DNA from: Alphaproteobacteria bacterium
GTDB lineage: Bacteria > Pseudomonadota > Alphaproteobacteria > UBA828
Assembly: GCA_965214705.1 (NCBI GenBank)
Contig: CBDCCI010000002.1
Span: forward strand, 1,056,001 to 1,120,000
Direction of reading: 5' to 3'
DNA: 64,000 bases
Every line of letters begins with the position of its first letter. The first letter of the stretch is position 1. The translations under genes were made by a program, and so were the position numbers. Of this stretch, positions 62,111 to 64,000 are shown one piece after another. Under the pieces are notes generated by a model that did not search any database, was not told the DNA's origin, and saw nothing but the letters and a program-made list of their open reading frames with translations.

Positions 62111-62938
62111 ATGGCACTCAAGAACTACAAGCCGACGACGCCGGGGCGCCGCCAGCTCATCCTGGTGGACCGCTCCGACCTCTGGAAGGGGAAGCCGGTC
62201 AAGAAGCTGACCGAAGGATTGAGCCAGAAGGGCGGGCGCAACAGCGACGGCCGCATCACCATGCGCCATCGCGGGGGCGGGCATAAGCGCCGCTACCGCA
62301 AGATCGACTTCAAGCGGCGCAAATTCGATGTGCCGGCGACCGTGGAGCGACTCGAGTACGACCCCAACCGCTCGGCCTTCATCGCGTTGATCCGCTACGA
62401 AGATGGTGAGCAGGCCTACATCCTCGCCCCGCAGCGGGTCTCACCGGGCGACAAGGTGGTTTCCGGCGACCGCTGTGACATCAAGCCCGGCAACGCGATG
62501 CCGATGAGCAACATCCCCGTCGGCACGATCATCCACAATGTCGAGATGAAGCCGGGGAAGGGCGGCCAGATTGCGCGTTCCGCCGGCAACTACGTGCAGC
62601 TGGTCGGCAAGGATCAGGGCTACGCTCAGCTCAGACTGCCGTCGGGTGAGCAGCGTATCGTCCATGGCCGATGTATGGCCACCATCGGCGCAGTCTCCAA
62701 CCCGGACAACCAGAACACCAACCAGGGCAAAGCCGGCCGCATGCGCTGGAAAGGCCGGCGCCCCAAGGTGCGCGGCGTCGCCATGAACCCGGTGGACCAT
62801 CCCCACGGCGGCGGCGAGGGCAAGTCCTCCGGCGGGCGGCACCCGGTCACCCCCTGGGGCGTGCCCACAAAGGGCAAGCGCACGCGCAGCAACAAGAGAA
62901 CCGACCGCTTCATCATGCGGCGTCGGGGCAAGAAGTAG
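62111..62938 (+). CDS. rplB: 50S ribosomal protein L2
   Basis: [25 protein letters not shown]. Confidence 0.99.
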   Translation: MALKNYKPTTPGRRQLILVDRSDLWKGKPVKKLTEGLSQKGGRNSDGRITMRHRGGGHKRRYRKIDFKRRKFDVPATVERLEYDPNRSAFIALIRYEDGEQAYILAPQRVSPGDKVVSGDRCDIKPGNAMPMSNIPVGTIIHNVEMKPGKGGQIARSAGNYVQLVGKDQGYAQLRLPSGEQRIVHGRCMATIGAVSNPDNQNTNQGKAGRMRWKGRRPKVRGVAMNPVDHPHGGGEGKSSGGRHPVTPWGVPTKGKRTRSNKRTDRFIMRRRGKK

Positions 62939-62953
62939 GGCGGGGGACAGTCG

Positions 62954-63232
62954 ATGGCGCGTTCCGTATGGAAAGGCCCCTTCGTCGACGGCTATCTTCT
63001 CAAGAAGGCCGAAGAGGCGCGGGCGACAGGCCGCAAGGACATCATCCGCACCTGGTCGCGGCGCTCGACCATCCTGCCGCAGTTCGTGGGCCTCACCTTC
63101 GGCGTCTATAACGGGCGCAAGTTCCTGCCCGTGCTGGTCAACGAGAACATGGTCGGCCACAAGTTCGGCGAGTTCTCGCCGACGCGGGTCTTCCACGGTC
63201 ATGCCGGCGACAAGAGGGCACGGCGGGGCTGA
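62954..63232 (+). CDS. rpsS: 30S ribosomal protein S19
   Basis: [25 protein letters not shown]. Confidence 0.99.
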   Translation: MARSVWKGPFVDGYLLKKAEEARATGRKDIIRTWSRRSTILPQFVGLTFGVYNGRKFLPVLVNENMVGHKFGEFSPTRVFHGHAGDKRARRG

Positions 63233-63234
63233 TC

Positions 63235-63615
63235 ATGGGCAAGACTGCGCGATCCCGGCGGCTCGGTGAGACCGAAGCCCAGGCGGTGATCCGGAACCTC
63301 CGGATCAGCCCGCAGAAGCTCGGCCTTGTCACCGAGACCATCCGCGGGCGCCCGGTGGGCGAGGCGCTGATCACGCTGGCGCATTCGCGCCGCCGCATCG
63401 CCGGCGACGTGCGCAAGTGCCTGCAGTCGGCGATCGCGAACGCGGAGAACAATCACGAGCTGGATGTGGACCGGCTCGTCGTCGCCGAAGCGACGGTCGG
63501 CAAAGGTTTGGTGATGAAGCGCTGGCGGCCCCGTGCGCGCGGCCGGGTCGGGCGCGTGATGAAGCCGTTCAGCCATCTCACCATCGTGGTGCGCGAACGC
63601 GCCAAGGGGGCCTGA
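63235..63615 (+). CDS. rplV: 50S ribosomal protein L22
   Basis: [22 protein letters not shown]. Confidence 0.98.
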   Translation: MGKTARSRRLGETEAQAVIRNLRISPQKLGLVTETIRGRPVGEALITLAHSRRRIAGDVRKCLQSAIANAENNHELDVDRLVVAEATVGKGLVMKRWRPRARGRVGRVMKPFSHLTIVVRERAKGA

Positions 63616-64000
63616 TGGGTCAGAAGGTCAATCCCGTCGGGCTGCGTCTCGGCATCAACCGTACCTGGGATTCGCGCTGGTATGCCGATGACGACTATGC
63701 CCAGCTACTGCACGAGGACCTGCAGATCCGCAATTTCCTGTTCGATCGGCTGAACCAGGCGGGTATCGGGCGTATCGTCATCGAGCGCCCCGCCAAGAAG
63801 GCACGGATCACCATCCATACAGCCCGGCCGGGCGTCGTGATCGGCAAGAAGGGCGCCGATATCGAGCGGCTGCGCACCGACATCACCAAGATGACGGGAA
63901 GCGACGTTCATCTGAACATCGTCGAGATCCGCAAGCCCGAAATCGAGGCCAAGCTGGTGGCCGAGAACATCGCCCAGCAGCTCGTGCGACGCGTGGCGTT
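63615..64000 (+). CDS. rpsC: 30S ribosomal protein S3 (partial, runs off the window)
   Basis: Manual translation [24 protein letters not shown]...[15 protein letters not shown]. Confidence 0.98.
   Translation, partial: MGQKVNPVGLRLGINRTWDSRWYADDDYAQLLHEDLQIRNFLFDRLNQAGIGRIVIERPAKKARITIHTARPGVVIGKKGADIERLRTDITKMTGSDVHLNIVEIRKPEIEAKLVAENIAQQLVRRVA

Overview
High-GC bacterial chromosomal window, alphaproteobacterial by gene order and sequence (FtsZ ending LRRQAN, djlA-amidase-rnpB-mraZ order, GAAC-N7-GAAC SOS boxes). It is mostly core genome. Left to right: a partial EF-G paralog, djlA, an EamA transporter, an amidase, RNase P RNA, the complete dcw cluster (mraZ to ftsZ-lpxC), a small accessory block (MDR oxidoreductase, PNPOx-like, VOC, COG0523 GTPase, fdhD), argH-lipoprotein-lysA, an MJ0042 zinc-finger gene, ydcF/plsC, class II RNR nrdJ, DUF2125, an SDR, dusA, a hydantoinase/oxoprolinase A/B pair, kdsD-lptCAB, bioB-bioA, an arginyltransferase-family gene plus a TRAP transporter, purD, and the str/S10 cluster to a partial rpsC. 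I saw no CRISPR array, tRNA, rRNA, transposase or phage gene. The most interesting signals are non-coding. (1) A candidate replication origin at about 53.8-54.2 kb, with DnaA-like boxes, a box-box-GGCC-trinucleotide element and an AT-rich tract, between purD and the arginyltransferase gene. (2) Tandem NrdR-like boxes plus a perfect LexA box upstream of mraZ/dcw with no RNR gene nearby. (3) Another NrdR-like pair between kdsD and bioB. Also noted: ftsEX missing from its usual locus, three gene junctions that are one base out of frame, and a tuf gene with aberrant codon usage. Protein calls come from recognising motifs by eye; no database search was run.
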